Origin: an uncultured Actinomycetota bacterium
GTDB lineage: Bacteria; Actinomycetota; Thermoleophilia; RBG-16-64-13
Reading direction: 5' to 3'
Assembly (NCBI GenBank): GCA_963783835.1
Contig: CAWAOX010000015.1
Span: 324,667 to 388,666 of the forward strand
Length of the DNA stretch: 64,000 nt
Part shown: positions 43,152-52,734 of the stretch, piece after piece
How positions within the stretch are numbered: position 1 is the first letter of the stretch
Layout: every line of letters begins with the position of its first letter
Position numbers and translations under genes: made by a program
The notes under the pieces: model-generated
Seen by the model: only the letters and a program-made list of their open reading frames with translations
Told to the model about the DNA's origin: nothing
The model's database searches: none

Positions 43152-44387
43152 ATGGCCGACCAACCCGTCGTACTCCTTGGGGTAACGGGGGGTATCGCCG
43201 CTTACAAAGCCGCCGAGTTACTGCGCGGCCTGCAGAAGGCAGGCATGGACGTTCGCGTGGTGATGACCCGGGCGGCCACCCGCTTTGTCGGTCCCATGAC
43301 CTTCGAGACGCTCTCCACCCATCCGGTTCGGTTGGACGAGATCAGCGAGCTCACATCCGAGTCGCGGATCACCCACATCGACGACAGCCAGCAGGCCGAC
43401 ATCATGGTGGTGGCTCCGGCGACGGCCAATACCCTGGCCAAGATGGCCAACGGCATCGCCGACAATTTGCTCAGCTCCATCTATCTGGCCTTCGCCAAGA
43501 CCGTGGTGGCTGCGCCCGCGATGAACACCAACATGTGGGAGCATCCGGCCACGCAGCGCAATGTGCTGCTCCTTCGCGAGCGGGGAGTGTTCGTGGTGGA
43601 GCCCGGCGCCGGCGAGCTTGCCTGTGGCGCCTATGGCTCGGGGCGCATGGCCGATCCGGACAGCATCGTCGCCGAAGTGAAGCTGCGGCTCCAGGTGCAA
43701 CGGAAGCGCGACCTGCGTGGCATGCGGGTGATGATCACGGCCGGCGGGACCCGCGAGCCGATCGACGCCGTGCGCTTCATCGGCAACCGCAGCTCGGGCA
43801 AGATGGGGTTCGCGCTGGCCCGCGCCGCGTTCGACCGGGGCGCTCACGTCGATCTCATCCAGGCCAACGTCGACATGCCGGCCGTGCCCGGCGTGCTTCA
43901 GGTAGAGGCTTCCACCGCGGGGGAGATGTATGCGGAGGTCATGAGACGACTCCCCGACACCGACATCCTGATCATGGCGGCAGCGGTAGCCGACTACAGG
44001 GTGGCCGACGGTCCCGCGGGAGGCAAGATAGGCAAAGGCCGCGACGAGTGGTGCATCGACCTGGCCGCCACCACCGACATCCTTTGTGAGGTGGCGGCGC
44101 ACCACAAGGGCCAGTTCCTGGTCGGGTTCGCGGCGGAGTACGGGCTTGAAGGCCTCGGCCGAGCGCGCGGCAAGATGGAGCGCAAGAAGCTCGACATGAT
44201 CGTCTTCAACGACATCTCTCGCAGCGACATCGGGTTCGATTCCGATTACAACGAGGTGCGTGTGCTTACGCGCGACTCCGAAGTCCCGATCGACAAGGCG
44301 CCCAAGGAGACCGTCGCGGAGCTCATCCTCGACAACGTCGCCCAAGCGGTGCGGGCCCGCAGAGGGGAGACCTCGCTACCCGCCTAG
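43152..44387 (+). CDS. coaBC: bifunctional phosphopantothenoylcysteine decarboxylase / phosphopantothenate-cysteine ligase
   Basis: 411 aa from ATG 43152 (TTG 43149 alternative). N-terminal flavoprotein domain LLGVTGGIAAYKA and a C-terminal CoaB domain. Confidence 0.92.
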   Translation: MADQPVVLLGVTGGIAAYKAAELLRGLQKAGMDVRVVMTRAATRFVGPMTFETLSTHPVRLDEISELTSESRITHIDDSQQADIMVVAPATANTLAKMANGIADNLLSSIYLAFAKTVVAAPAMNTNMWEHPATQRNVLLLRERGVFVVEPGAGELACGAYGSGRMADPDSIVAEVKLRLQVQRKRDLRGMRVMITAGGTREPIDAVRFIGNRSSGKMGFALARAAFDRGAHVDLIQANVDMPAVPGVLQVEASTAGEMYAEVMRRLPDTDILIMAAAVADYRVADGPAGGKIGKGRDEWCIDLAATTDILCEVAAHHKGQFLVGFAAEYGLEGLGRARGKMERKKLDMIVFNDISRSDIGFDSDYNEVRVLTRDSEVPIDKAPKETVAELILDNVAQAVRARRGETSLPA

Positions 44388-44500
44388 GGCTGCCGCGACT
44401 GCCCGGGGCTGCCGGCCGGAAACGAAGAAGCGCGCCCTTGGACGCGCCTCTCAGAATCCTTGTCGACGTGCCGCTCTGAGCGGCGCAGTGGCGGCGGTAG

Positions 44501-45589
44501 CTAGGCCGACTCCCTCATGGCCTGGATCTCTTCCGAGGCCTTGATCTGTTCCAAGGCCTTGGCTTCTATCTGCCGGATGCGCTCGCGGCTGACGTTGAAG
44601 CGGGAGCTGACCTCGGCCAGCGTGCGCGGATGTTCGCCCTTGAGGCCGAACCGGAGCTCCACCACTTTGCGCTCGCGCTCGTCCATGGCTTTGAGAACCC
44701 GGTCGAGGCTCTCCTTGGCGATGATGCCGGAGACCACGTCGGCCGGATCGGGCGTGCTCGAGTTCTCGATGAAGTCGCCCAGTTCCGCGTCTTCCTCGTC
44801 GCCGATGGGGGTCTCGAGCGACGTAGTGCGCTGAGCGATCTTGCGCATCTCCTGGACTTCCTGTGGATCGATGCCCAGTTCGAAGGCCAGTTCGTCGTCG
44901 TTCGGCTCCTTGCCCGTCTCCTGCAGCAGCTTCCGCTCGGTGCGCACCATCTTGTTGATCTTTTCGATCATGTGCACCGGGATGCGGATGTTGCGGTCCT
45001 GGTTGGCGATAGCCCGGGTGATGGCCTGCCGGATCCACCACGTAGCGTACGTGGAGAACTTGTACCCCTTGCGGTAGTCGAACTTCTCGACCGCGCGGAT
45101 GAGGCCGGTGTTGCCCTCCTGGATGAGGTCGAGCAGGTCCATATCCTGGGTGTAGTAGTTCTTGGCTATGGAGATGACCAGGCGAAGGTTCGACTGGATC
45201 ATCCGGTCTTTGGCCCGTTTGTCGCCGGCCTCGATGCGCTTGGCAAGCTCGATCTCCTCATCTTTGGTGAGCAGGGGGATCTCCCCGGCTTCCTTGAGGT
45301 AGAGGCGAAGCGGGTCATGGGTCACGGTCTGGATCGACAGATCCAGAGTAGGCTCGGTGGGCTCCAGAACGCCCTGGCTTACCGGACTCTGCTCGTAGAT
45401 CTCGATGGACTGATCGAAGAGCTGTGAATACAGGTCCTCGATCTCCTCCATCGTCATGTCGTACTCTTCCACCAGCGCCATGATCTCCTCGCTGGTGACG
45501 TAGCCCCGGTCCTGGCCGGCCAGCAACAGATCCTGGACATCGACGATCGGACGAGCCTCGAAGGTTGTAGTGTCGCTATCTTTGTGCAC
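44501..45589 (-). CDS. sigA: RNA polymerase principal sigma factor (sigma-70 group 1/2)
   Basis: 362 aa on the minus strand. Region 2 [42 protein letters not shown] and region 4 are present. An acidic N-terminal region 1.1 is also present. Confidence 0.9.
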   Translation of the reverse strand: MHKDSDTTTFEARPIVDVQDLLLAGQDRGYVTSEEIMALVEEYDMTMEEIEDLYSQLFDQSIEIYEQSPVSQGVLEPTEPTLDLSIQTVTHDPLRLYLKEAGEIPLLTKDEEIELAKRIEAGDKRAKDRMIQSNLRLVISIAKNYYTQDMDLLDLIQEGNTGLIRAVEKFDYRKGYKFSTYATWWIRQAITRAIANQDRNIRIPVHMIEKINKMVRTERKLLQETGKEPNDDELAFELGIDPQEVQEMRKIAQRTTSLETPIGDEEDAELGDFIENSSTPDPADVVSGIIAKESLDRVLKAMDERERKVVELRFGLKGEHPRTLAEVSSRFNVSRERIRQIEAKALEQIKASEEIQAMRESA

Positions 45590-45781
45590 GGTCCCCTGCT
45601 ATCCTAGTGAAAGACTTACGCTTTCTCTTTGTATACCATCTTGCGGCGCAAACCGCAACAGAATACTCGTTAATCACTCCGGCGTCAACCCCTGTCTCGG
45701 CCTGTACGTTCTTCCCGGATCGTGCCCTTTGTGAGACATTCTCCACATCTGTTCCCCATGCCTCCGACCAAGGAGACCAGG

Positions 45782-46852
45782 TTGAACGCGGATCCAACTC
45801 TCGCAGTACAACAAGGCCCGGTCACACTGACGCTCGACGCCGAAGGAGGCGATAACGCTCCCGGAGAGATCGTTGCCGGCGCGCTGCTCGCCGCCTCCTC
45901 TGAATTACACGTGCTGCTCGTCGGACGGCCCGAGATCGTAGAGCCACTCCTGGGTTCTTCTGACCACCCCTACATCGAATTGGTTCCCAGCGCCAGCGTC
46001 ATCACCTTCCATGACGAACCCGCGGGCGCGGTGAAGTCCATGCCCGACTCCTCGATCGTGGTGGGGGCCCGGACTGTTGCCGACGGCCGCTCTCAGGGGT
46101 TCATCTCCGCGGGTAACACCGGGGCTATGCTGGCGGCGGCGCTTCTCGTGGTCAAGCGGATGAGCGGCGTCAGACGGCCGGCCATCGTCACCACCTTGCC
46201 GGGGCTGGAGGGCCCGGTGGTACTGCTCGACTCAGGAGCGAACGCCGACTGCCGGCCGGAGCATCTCCTCGAATTCGGCTTGCTGGGGAGCGCCTATGCA
46301 AGGACGGTGCTGGGAATCCCGGAACCTCGCGTGGGACTGCTGAACATCGGGGAAGAGGAGAGCAAGGGGAACGAACTGGCCCGGGCCGCTCACGCGCTCC
46401 TGCAAGACTCCGGCCTGAACTTTGTCGGCAACGTCGAGGGCCGCGATCTGCTGCGCAACCTCGCCGAGGTGGTCGTCACCGACGGTTTCACCGGCAACGT
46501 GGCGCTGAAGGTGCTCGAGGGGTGCGCCTTCTCGTTCTTCACGCGCATCAAGAGCGCCGCTCACAGCGGGACTAGGGCCAAGCTCGGCGGGCTGCTGCTG
46601 CGCCCGGCACTGCAGGGCCTGCGCGCGGCGCTCGACCCGGAGGAGGTGGGCGGCGCGTGTCTGCTCGGGGTGAGGGGCCTGGTCGTCATTTGCCACGGGA
46701 ACTCGAGCCGCCGGGCGATCGCGAACGCGCTCCTCTTTGGTGCGGAAGCGCTTCGCAAAGGGGTGCTACCCGCGGTGCGCGGCGAGTTGGAGCGCGGGGG
46801 CGACCCCGGCTCGCCCGCCGGCGACCCCGCCGACGGCTCTGCCGCTTCTTGA
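45782..46852 (+). CDS. plsX: phosphate acyltransferase PlsX
   Basis: TTG 45782 lies 6 nt after AAGGAG. An alternative ATG at 45758 or the track start 45722 would add an atypical N-extension. LTLDAEGGDNAP...GFISAGNTGAML is canonical PlsX. Confidence 0.88.
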   Translation: MNADPTLAVQQGPVTLTLDAEGGDNAPGEIVAGALLAASSELHVLLVGRPEIVEPLLGSSDHPYIELVPSASVITFHDEPAGAVKSMPDSSIVVGARTVADGRSQGFISAGNTGAMLAAALLVVKRMSGVRRPAIVTTLPGLEGPVVLLDSGANADCRPEHLLEFGLLGSAYARTVLGIPEPRVGLLNIGEEESKGNELARAAHALLQDSGLNFVGNVEGRDLLRNLAEVVVTDGFTGNVALKVLEGCAFSFFTRIKSAAHSGTRAKLGGLLLRPALQGLRAALDPEEVGGACLLGVRGLVVICHGNSSRRAIANALLFGAEALRKGVLPAVRGELERGGDPGSPAGDPADGSAAS

Positions 46853-46927
46853 ACCTCGTTGATACAATGGCGGCGTCGCGGAGTAGAGCGCGGCGATCGT
46901 CCCTTGATTTCCCGTAAGGAGCGACAC

Positions 46928-47167
46928 ATGAGCAAAGACGAGATCCTCGCCAAGCTGCGCGACATCCTGGTGGACCAGGTCGACGCGGATCCCGCCAAGG
47001 TGACGCTGGACGCCACGTTCCAGGACGACCTCCAGCTCGACAGCCTCGATCTGGTCGAACTCATCATGGAACTGGAAGACCAGTTCGGCATCAAGATCAC
47101 AGATGAAGAGGCCCAGGCATTGACCACGGTCGGCGAGGCCGTGGACTTCATCGCCGCCCGTAGCTAG
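46928..47167 (+). CDS. acpP: acyl carrier protein
   Basis: ATG 46928 follows an aaggag RBS. 79 aa. The phosphopantetheine attachment motif DLQLDSLDLVEL is present. Confidence 0.92.
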   Translation: MSKDEILAKLRDILVDQVDADPAKVTLDATFQDDLQLDSLDLVELIMELEDQFGIKITDEEAQALTTVGEAVDFIAARS

Positions 47168-47192
47168 CATCCGTCCGAAGGAGAGGGCTGAG

Positions 47193-48020
47193 ATGCGGGG
47201 ACTGCCGGCGCTGCTGCGGGCAGTCCCCGCTCCTCTCCGTCGGCTTGCGGGCGGGTCCACCGAACAACCGGCGCTTCGGTCCGGTGGCGAGTCCCGCCCC
47301 GGCGAGACGCTGATGGACCTTGTGGGGTCGCTCTCCCCAGATCTTCTGCAGCGCGCGCTGACGCATTCGTCGTGGGTTGGGGAGCGTACCGGATCGTATG
47401 AGCGCCTCGAGTTCCTTGGGGACAGCGTGCTGGGCCTGGCTATCGCGTCGGTGCTTTACAGCCGCTTTCCCGAGCGGGAAGAAGGTGGTCTTGCCCGTTT
47501 GAAGGCCTTCGTGGTCAGCCGGGCGAGTTGCGTGCAGGTGGCGGAGAGGATGGACCTCGCCTCTCTCGTTCTCGCACACGCGCCGGCTTCCGAGCGCAAA
47601 CGCCGTGAAACGGTGCGAAGCCCCAGTATGCTGGGAGACGTTCTGGAGGCTCTCATCGGCGCCGTCTATCTCGAATATGGCTTCGAACGCGCTCGGCCTG
47701 CCATCATCGGAGTATTCGAGGAGCAGATACGGTATGCAGCGACCGCTCATGTCGATCACAAGACGGCGCTGCAGGAACTGCTCGCGCCCCGTGGACTGCA
47801 ACCCCTGTACCGGCTTGTCGAAGAGACCGGCCCCGCCCACGCGCGAGTCTTCACCTCGGAGGTCGTGATCGACGGCGCGTTGCGCGGCCGGGGAGCGGGT
47901 ACGACCATAAAGATGAGCGAGCAGGCTGCAGCCCAGGAGGCTCTTGCCTCGCTCGGTAGCAGCGGGCGCTTTCGCGCCGCCGGCCCCGGCTCTGACCTCG
48001 ACGGCGTCCCCCGTGGCTGA
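47193..48020 (+). CDS. rnc: ribonuclease III
   Basis: RNase III signature ERLEFLGDSVLGL and a C-terminal dsRBD. The N-terminus may instead start at ATG 47313, since 47193 adds about 40 non-conserved residues. Strong aaggagagg RBS before 47193. Confidence 0.85.
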   Translation: MRGLPALLRAVPAPLRRLAGGSTEQPALRSGGESRPGETLMDLVGSLSPDLLQRALTHSSWVGERTGSYERLEFLGDSVLGLAIASVLYSRFPEREEGGLARLKAFVVSRASCVQVAERMDLASLVLAHAPASERKRRETVRSPSMLGDVLEALIGAVYLEYGFERARPAIIGVFEEQIRYAATAHVDHKTALQELLAPRGLQPLYRLVEETGPAHARVFTSEVVIDGALRGRGAGTTIKMSEQAAAQEALASLGSSGRFRAAGPGSDLDGVPRG

Positions 48021-48021
48021 G

Positions 48022-51000
48022 ATGCCCCGGCTTCTTTCGGTACGGCTGCGGGGGTTCAAGACGTTCGCGAAGCCGACGGAACTGTCTTTCGAGCCGGGTG
48101 TGACGGTCATCATCGGCCCCAACGGCAGCGGCAAGAGCAACATCGCTGATGCGGTGCTTTGGGTGCTGGGAGAACAGAGTCCGGCCAGTCTCCGCGGGCG
48201 CAGCATGCAGGACGTCATCTTCTCCGGCCCCGACGGGCGCCGTTCGAGCGCTGTGGCCGAGGTGAGCCTGGTCTTTGACAACGAGCAGGGCGCCATGCCG
48301 ATCGATGCCGGGCAGGTGGAGTTGACGCGGCGCCTGGAACGGGAAAGCGGGTCCGAGTACCGGGTCAACGGCAGCGCTTGCCGTCTGCTCGACGTGCAGG
48401 ATCTGGTGGGAGGACTGGGCATCGGTCGGGAGATGCACAGCGTCATCAGTCAGGGCAAGGTGGAGGCGCTCCTCAACTCGACCCCCGAAGTTCGCCGGGC
48501 GATGGTGGAAGAGGCGGCCGGGCTGGGCAGGTTCAAGAAGAGGAGGGAGCGGGCGCAGGTCAAGCTCGACAGAACACGGCAGAACCTGGTCCGCATGGCC
48601 GACATCGAGCGCGAGGTCAAGGGCGCCCTCCGGCCCCTGCGCCAGCAAGCAGCAGCAGCGGGCCGCTTCGCGGAGGCCAAGGAGGAGTGGGCTCTGGCCA
48701 GAAGCCGCTTCTTGCTGGCCCAGGCCGTCTCCGTACGCGAAGCGGCCGGCCGGACCGGGGCCGAATTGCAGGCGTTAGAGCAAGCGCGGGCCGGCATCGA
48801 GAGCGAGCTTGCCGGGCTGCGCCAGGCGAGGGCGACCGAGGAGGAAAGGTTTGCCTCTGCGCTCCAGGAGAGGGAGCGGGTGGGCGCCACGTACCACCGC
48901 TTGGCCGTCGAAGCCGAGCAGATACAGGGCAAAGCCACTTCGCTTCGCCAGCGGGTCGCCCGGATCGAGGCGGACCTGGACCGCGCCCGCAGGCGCCGGG
49001 AGACGGCGCGAGCCGATGTGGATGCACTGGGGCGGCGAGTGGCCGAGGTGACGGCCCACACTGCCGACGAGAGCCGGCTCGAGCGAGTGGGCCGCTGGGG
49101 ACAAGCCCTGCGTGCCGCTCTGGAGGGCGCCGTCGCCGACTTCCGCGGCGCGGCGGGTGCCGAGGACGAGTTGAAGGATGCGGCGTTCGAGATGGAGTCG
49201 ACCAGGGCGCGGGCTCTGCAAGACCGGGAGTTCCTGCGCCGGGAGATCCAGGCGCGGCAGAGGATAGACGGCGAACTGCACGCGCTCATCGAGGAGACCC
49301 AAGCCCGGATGGCTCTGCTGGAGGCCGAAGCGGTCGGGTACGAGGAGCAGGCGCGGGCAGGGGAACAAGCTGTGCGCACGGCTGAGACAGAGTTGCGGGC
49401 CGCCACGGCAGCTCGGGAGACCGCGCGCGCGAGCAGTTCTGAGACGGCCCGGCGGGAGGCGTCTCTTGTGGAGGCGCTGAGCGGCATCGAAGCCCGTCAG
49501 GCCGTTCTCGAAGATCTGGTGACGCGCCGCGAGGGCACACCCGCCGGTGCCCGGGAATTGATGGCCCGCAGCGAAGGGTGTCGTCTCCTGGCGGAGGTGA
49601 TGGAGGTCGAAGCGGGCTACGAGAGAGCAGTGGCGGCCGCGCTGGGCCCCCTGGCCCAGGCCGTCGTGCTGGGGAGGCCGGACGATCTCCGGCTAGTTCT
49701 CGAGGGAGACGACGTCCTGGAGGCCATCGTACCGGACGAGGATGGTCCTGTCCTCGGCGTCGGCGGGGCGGTCCCGGCCGGGACTAGGGATCTGTGGGAG
49801 CTGATCGGCGGCCCACCCCAGATCATCGGCACCTTACGTCGTCTGCTGCCTGCCACCGCGGTAGCGGTCGACGATGTCCGGCTGAGTCTCTCCGACGCGG
49901 CTGCGAGCCGCGGACCGTACCGGCTTGTGAATCGCAGAGGCGAGATGCTTCATGGCGGGGTGTACGTCGCCCGCCGGCGCGAGATGGGTGTAGAGACGCT
50001 CTTACGTGCGCGTAACGAACTGCTGGCGGTCGCGGCTGAACGGGTATCGCTCCTTCAGGGGCGCGAGGAGGCTCAGGCCGCCGCCCGGGAAGCGGCTACC
50101 GGCCTGGAGCGGGCGGAGGCGCTTGTCCGCGAGGCGCACGAACGGCTGAGCGAAGCCGAGCGCAGCCTCGTCGGGCACCGGAACGACCATGACCTGTGCA
50201 GGCGCCGGCTTGAAGAGGCCGGTCTCCAGGGGGCCGAACTCCGCGCACGTGAAGAGAGGGAGAGCGGCCTGGCCGAAGAGATGGCGGCCGACCTGGCGCG
50301 GGTGGAGGAGAAGATCGCCGGTCGCGAGGTCGAGCTGGAGGTGGCCCGGACCGAGTTGCGCGCGGTGCAGGGCCGGTTGGAGCGGCTGCGCGAGACGGTC
50401 ACGCTGCTCGAGCAGAAGAAGGCCCAGGCGGGGCTGGTAGAGGTGCGGCTACGAGAGCGCTGCCGCGGCCGGGAGGGCGAGCGAGACCGCCTGTCCGGTC
50501 AGAGAAATACCGCGGTGGTGGCGGCCGAGCGCTGGGAACGGCGCACGGGTTTTCTCGAGCGGTACCTACCTCTGCTCGTCGAGTTGCTGGCCTCGTTGGA
50601 CGGGCTGGCCGACCACAGCCGGCTGGTGAAGTCGGCCTTCGAGGCGAGGCTGGAGGAGGCGCGCGCGGCGGCAGAAGGCGCCGCGCGGCTCATGCACGAC
50701 ACGGCGGGTTCCGAGACCGGTCTTCAGCAGGAGTACGAGGCCATGGGCGCCCGGCTGGCGCAGTTGCAGGTGGATCGGGCCCGCCAGGAGGACCGGCGCG
50801 CACTACTGGAAGAAGAGATGGCCGAGTTGCGCCGGAAACATCTGACGCCGCGATCGCTCACCCCGGCCGAGGTCGCCGGGGAGAGTCTTGAGCTCCTGGA
50901 AGCGGCGGAGGAGAGGGCGGGCCGCCGTCTGGACCGGCTGGGTCCGGTCAACCCGCTGGCCGAACAGGAATGCGCGGAACTCGAGGAGCGGGCGGCCTTT

Positions 51001-51606
51001 CTGGCCGAGCAGAGGCGCGATCTGGAGGCTTCGCTCGCGCAACTCCAAGAGGTCGTCTCCGATCTCGATCAGCACATCGAGATTTCGTTCGCCGCTATCT
51101 TCGAGACGGTCAAGGAGAACTTCTCAGCCGTGATCGCGACTGTCTTCCCCGGAGCGAAGGGGAGCCTGAAGCTTGTGGAGGGGGCATCCGCGCGCCCGGA
51201 GGAAGGAACGGCGGGGGAGTTGGAAGAGGTTCTGGTAGACGAGATCAAGCCGCCGGTCCGGGGGATCGGACTGGAGGTCAAGTTCCCCAACAAGTCCCCG
51301 CGCAGCCTGACTCTGCTGTCGGGGGGCGAGAAAGCGATGGCCGCCATCGCCTTTCTGTTCTCGCTCTTCCTGGCCCGGCCCTGTCCCTTCTACATTCTGG
51401 ACGAAGTGGAAGCCTCGCTCGACGACATCAATATCCGCCGCTTCCTCTCGCTCGTGAGGAGATATCGGGACAAGACTCAGTTCATCATCATCACTCACCA
51501 GCGACAGACGATGGAGGTGGCGGACACGCTATACGGCGTGACGCTCGAAAGCGACGGCACCTCCCGTATCCTTTCCAGGAGATTGACAGTAGCGAAGGGA
51601 GCCTAG
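48022..51606 (+). CDS. smc: chromosome segregation protein SMC
   Basis: ATG 48022. N-terminal Walker A GPNGSGKSN, a long coiled-coil middle region, and the C-terminal signature LSGGEKAMAAIAFLFSLF...YILDEVEASLDD. Confidence 0.93.
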   Translation: MPRLLSVRLRGFKTFAKPTELSFEPGVTVIIGPNGSGKSNIADAVLWVLGEQSPASLRGRSMQDVIFSGPDGRRSSAVAEVSLVFDNEQGAMPIDAGQVELTRRLERESGSEYRVNGSACRLLDVQDLVGGLGIGREMHSVISQGKVEALLNSTPEVRRAMVEEAAGLGRFKKRRERAQVKLDRTRQNLVRMADIEREVKGALRPLRQQAAAAGRFAEAKEEWALARSRFLLAQAVSVREAAGRTGAELQALEQARAGIESELAGLRQARATEEERFASALQERERVGATYHRLAVEAEQIQGKATSLRQRVARIEADLDRARRRRETARADVDALGRRVAEVTAHTADESRLERVGRWGQALRAALEGAVADFRGAAGAEDELKDAAFEMESTRARALQDREFLRREIQARQRIDGELHALIEETQARMALLEAEAVGYEEQARAGEQAVRTAETELRAATAARETARASSSETARREASLVEALSGIEARQAVLEDLVTRREGTPAGARELMARSEGCRLLAEVMEVEAGYERAVAAALGPLAQAVVLGRPDDLRLVLEGDDVLEAIVPDEDGPVLGVGGAVPAGTRDLWELIGGPPQIIGTLRRLLPATAVAVDDVRLSLSDAAASRGPYRLVNRRGEMLHGGVYVARRREMGVETLLRARNELLAVAAERVSLLQGREEAQAAAREAATGLERAEALVREAHERLSEAERSLVGHRNDHDLCRRRLEEAGLQGAELRAREERESGLAEEMAADLARVEEKIAGREVELEVARTELRAVQGRLERLRETVTLLEQKKAQAGLVEVRLRERCRGREGERDRLSGQRNTAVVAAERWERRTGFLERYLPLLVELLASLDGLADHSRLVKSAFEARLEEARAAAEGAARLMHDTAGSETGLQQEYEAMGARLAQLQVDRARQEDRRALLEEEMAELRRKHLTPRSLTPAEVAGESLELLEAAEERAGRRLDRLGPVNPLAEQECAELEERAAFLAEQRRDLEASLAQLQEVVSDLDQHIEISFAAIFETVKENFSAVIATVFPGAKGSLKLVEGASARPEEGTAGELEEVLVDEIKPPVRGIGLEVKFPNKSPRSLTLLSGGEKAMAAIAFLFSLFLARPCPFYILDEVEASLDDINIRRFLSLVRRYRDKTQFIIITHQRQTMEVADTLYGVTLESDGTSRILSRRLTVAKGA

Positions 51607-51610
51607 AGAG

Positions 51611-52615
51611 TTGAGCCACAACTGGTCAGAGGTGTTCATAGGCGTGACCGGCAGCAAGGTGTCGGACCCGGTGGACGTGGCGCAGGAGAAGCGGGGCGGC
51701 TGGCTCTCGCAGCTGAAGGACGGACTGTCCAAGAGCCGCAAGGCGCTGCAGCAGCAGTTCGCCTCGGTCATGTTCGACCGCTTCGACGAGGATCTGTGGG
51801 AGAAGATCGAGGAGGCCCTGATCTATGCCGATGTGGGCGTCGAAACGACCGTGTCGATCGTGGAGAAGCTTGAGGCCGAGGCCAACGCAGGAGAGATCAA
51901 GGACTCGGCGGACCTGCTAAAAAGGCTGAGAGAAGTCACTGCCGAGCATTTCTGCCAGGCGGACCGGCGCATCGACGTGGCTCGTTCGCCGACCGTCATC
52001 CTCATGGTGGGCGTGAACGGCACCGGCAAGACCACCACCATCGGCAAGATCGCGTGGCACCTCAAGCAACTGGGCAAGGAGCCTCTGCTCGTGGCGGGAG
52101 ACACATTCCGGGCCGCGGCCGTCGAGCAGCTCAGCGAGTGGGGCAAGCGGGTCGGCTGCGAGGTCGTCAAGCATGAGCGGGGTGGCGACCCGGGGGCCGT
52201 CGTCTACGATGGACTGGTCGCGGCGGAGGCCCGAAAAGCGGATGTGGTGATCATCGACACCGCTGGGCGGCTGCATACGCAGGTGAATCTCATGAAGGAG
52301 CTGGAGAAAGTGTCCCGGGTCATAAAGAAGCGCATGCCGGACGCTCCGCACGAGTGCCTGCTCACGATCGACGCGACCACCGGTCAGAACGGCCTCATCC
52401 AGGCCCGCATGTTCAAGGAGGCGGTCGAACTGACCGGAGTGGTGCTCACCAAGATGGACGGCACGGCGAAGGGGGGCATCGCCCTGGCCGTCTCGCATGA
52501 ACTGGATCTCCCCATCAAGCTCATCGGGACGGGGGAGAAGCTGGAGAGCCTGCAGCCCTTCGACCCGTTCGAGTTCGCGTCGATGCTGTTCGACGATTCG
52601 CTGGCCCGCGGCTGA
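51611..52615 (+). CDS. ftsY: signal recognition particle receptor FtsY
   Basis: NG domain with GVNGTGKTTTIGK, DTFRAAA and DTAGR motifs. The start codon is uncertain (TTG 51611). Confidence 0.9.
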   Translation: MSHNWSEVFIGVTGSKVSDPVDVAQEKRGGWLSQLKDGLSKSRKALQQQFASVMFDRFDEDLWEKIEEALIYADVGVETTVSIVEKLEAEANAGEIKDSADLLKRLREVTAEHFCQADRRIDVARSPTVILMVGVNGTGKTTTIGKIAWHLKQLGKEPLLVAGDTFRAAAVEQLSEWGKRVGCEVVKHERGGDPGAVVYDGLVAAEARKADVVIIDTAGRLHTQVNLMKELEKVSRVIKKRMPDAPHECLLTIDATTGQNGLIQARMFKEAVELTGVVLTKMDGTAKGGIALAVSHELDLPIKLIGTGEKLESLQPFDPFEFASMLFDDSLARG

Positions 52616-52734
52616 GTCGAAGTTCCCGGTGTTTGACGCGAAGTTGCCCGACGGGTAAACTCCCTCATTCGCGGCCGCGTGGTGGCCGCTGCGAAGCGGT
52701 GCCCTTCAAGCGCCGCGTGACGACAAGGTGACAG

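Noticed and set aside
44388-44500. Possible bidirectional terminator hairpins (GCCGCTC-T-GAGCGGC and GCGCG-ccttgga-CGCGC) between the convergent coaBC and sigA genes
   Set aside because: The stems are short and there is no U-tract on either strand. They cannot be distinguished from chance GC-rich inverted repeats without a folding calculation.
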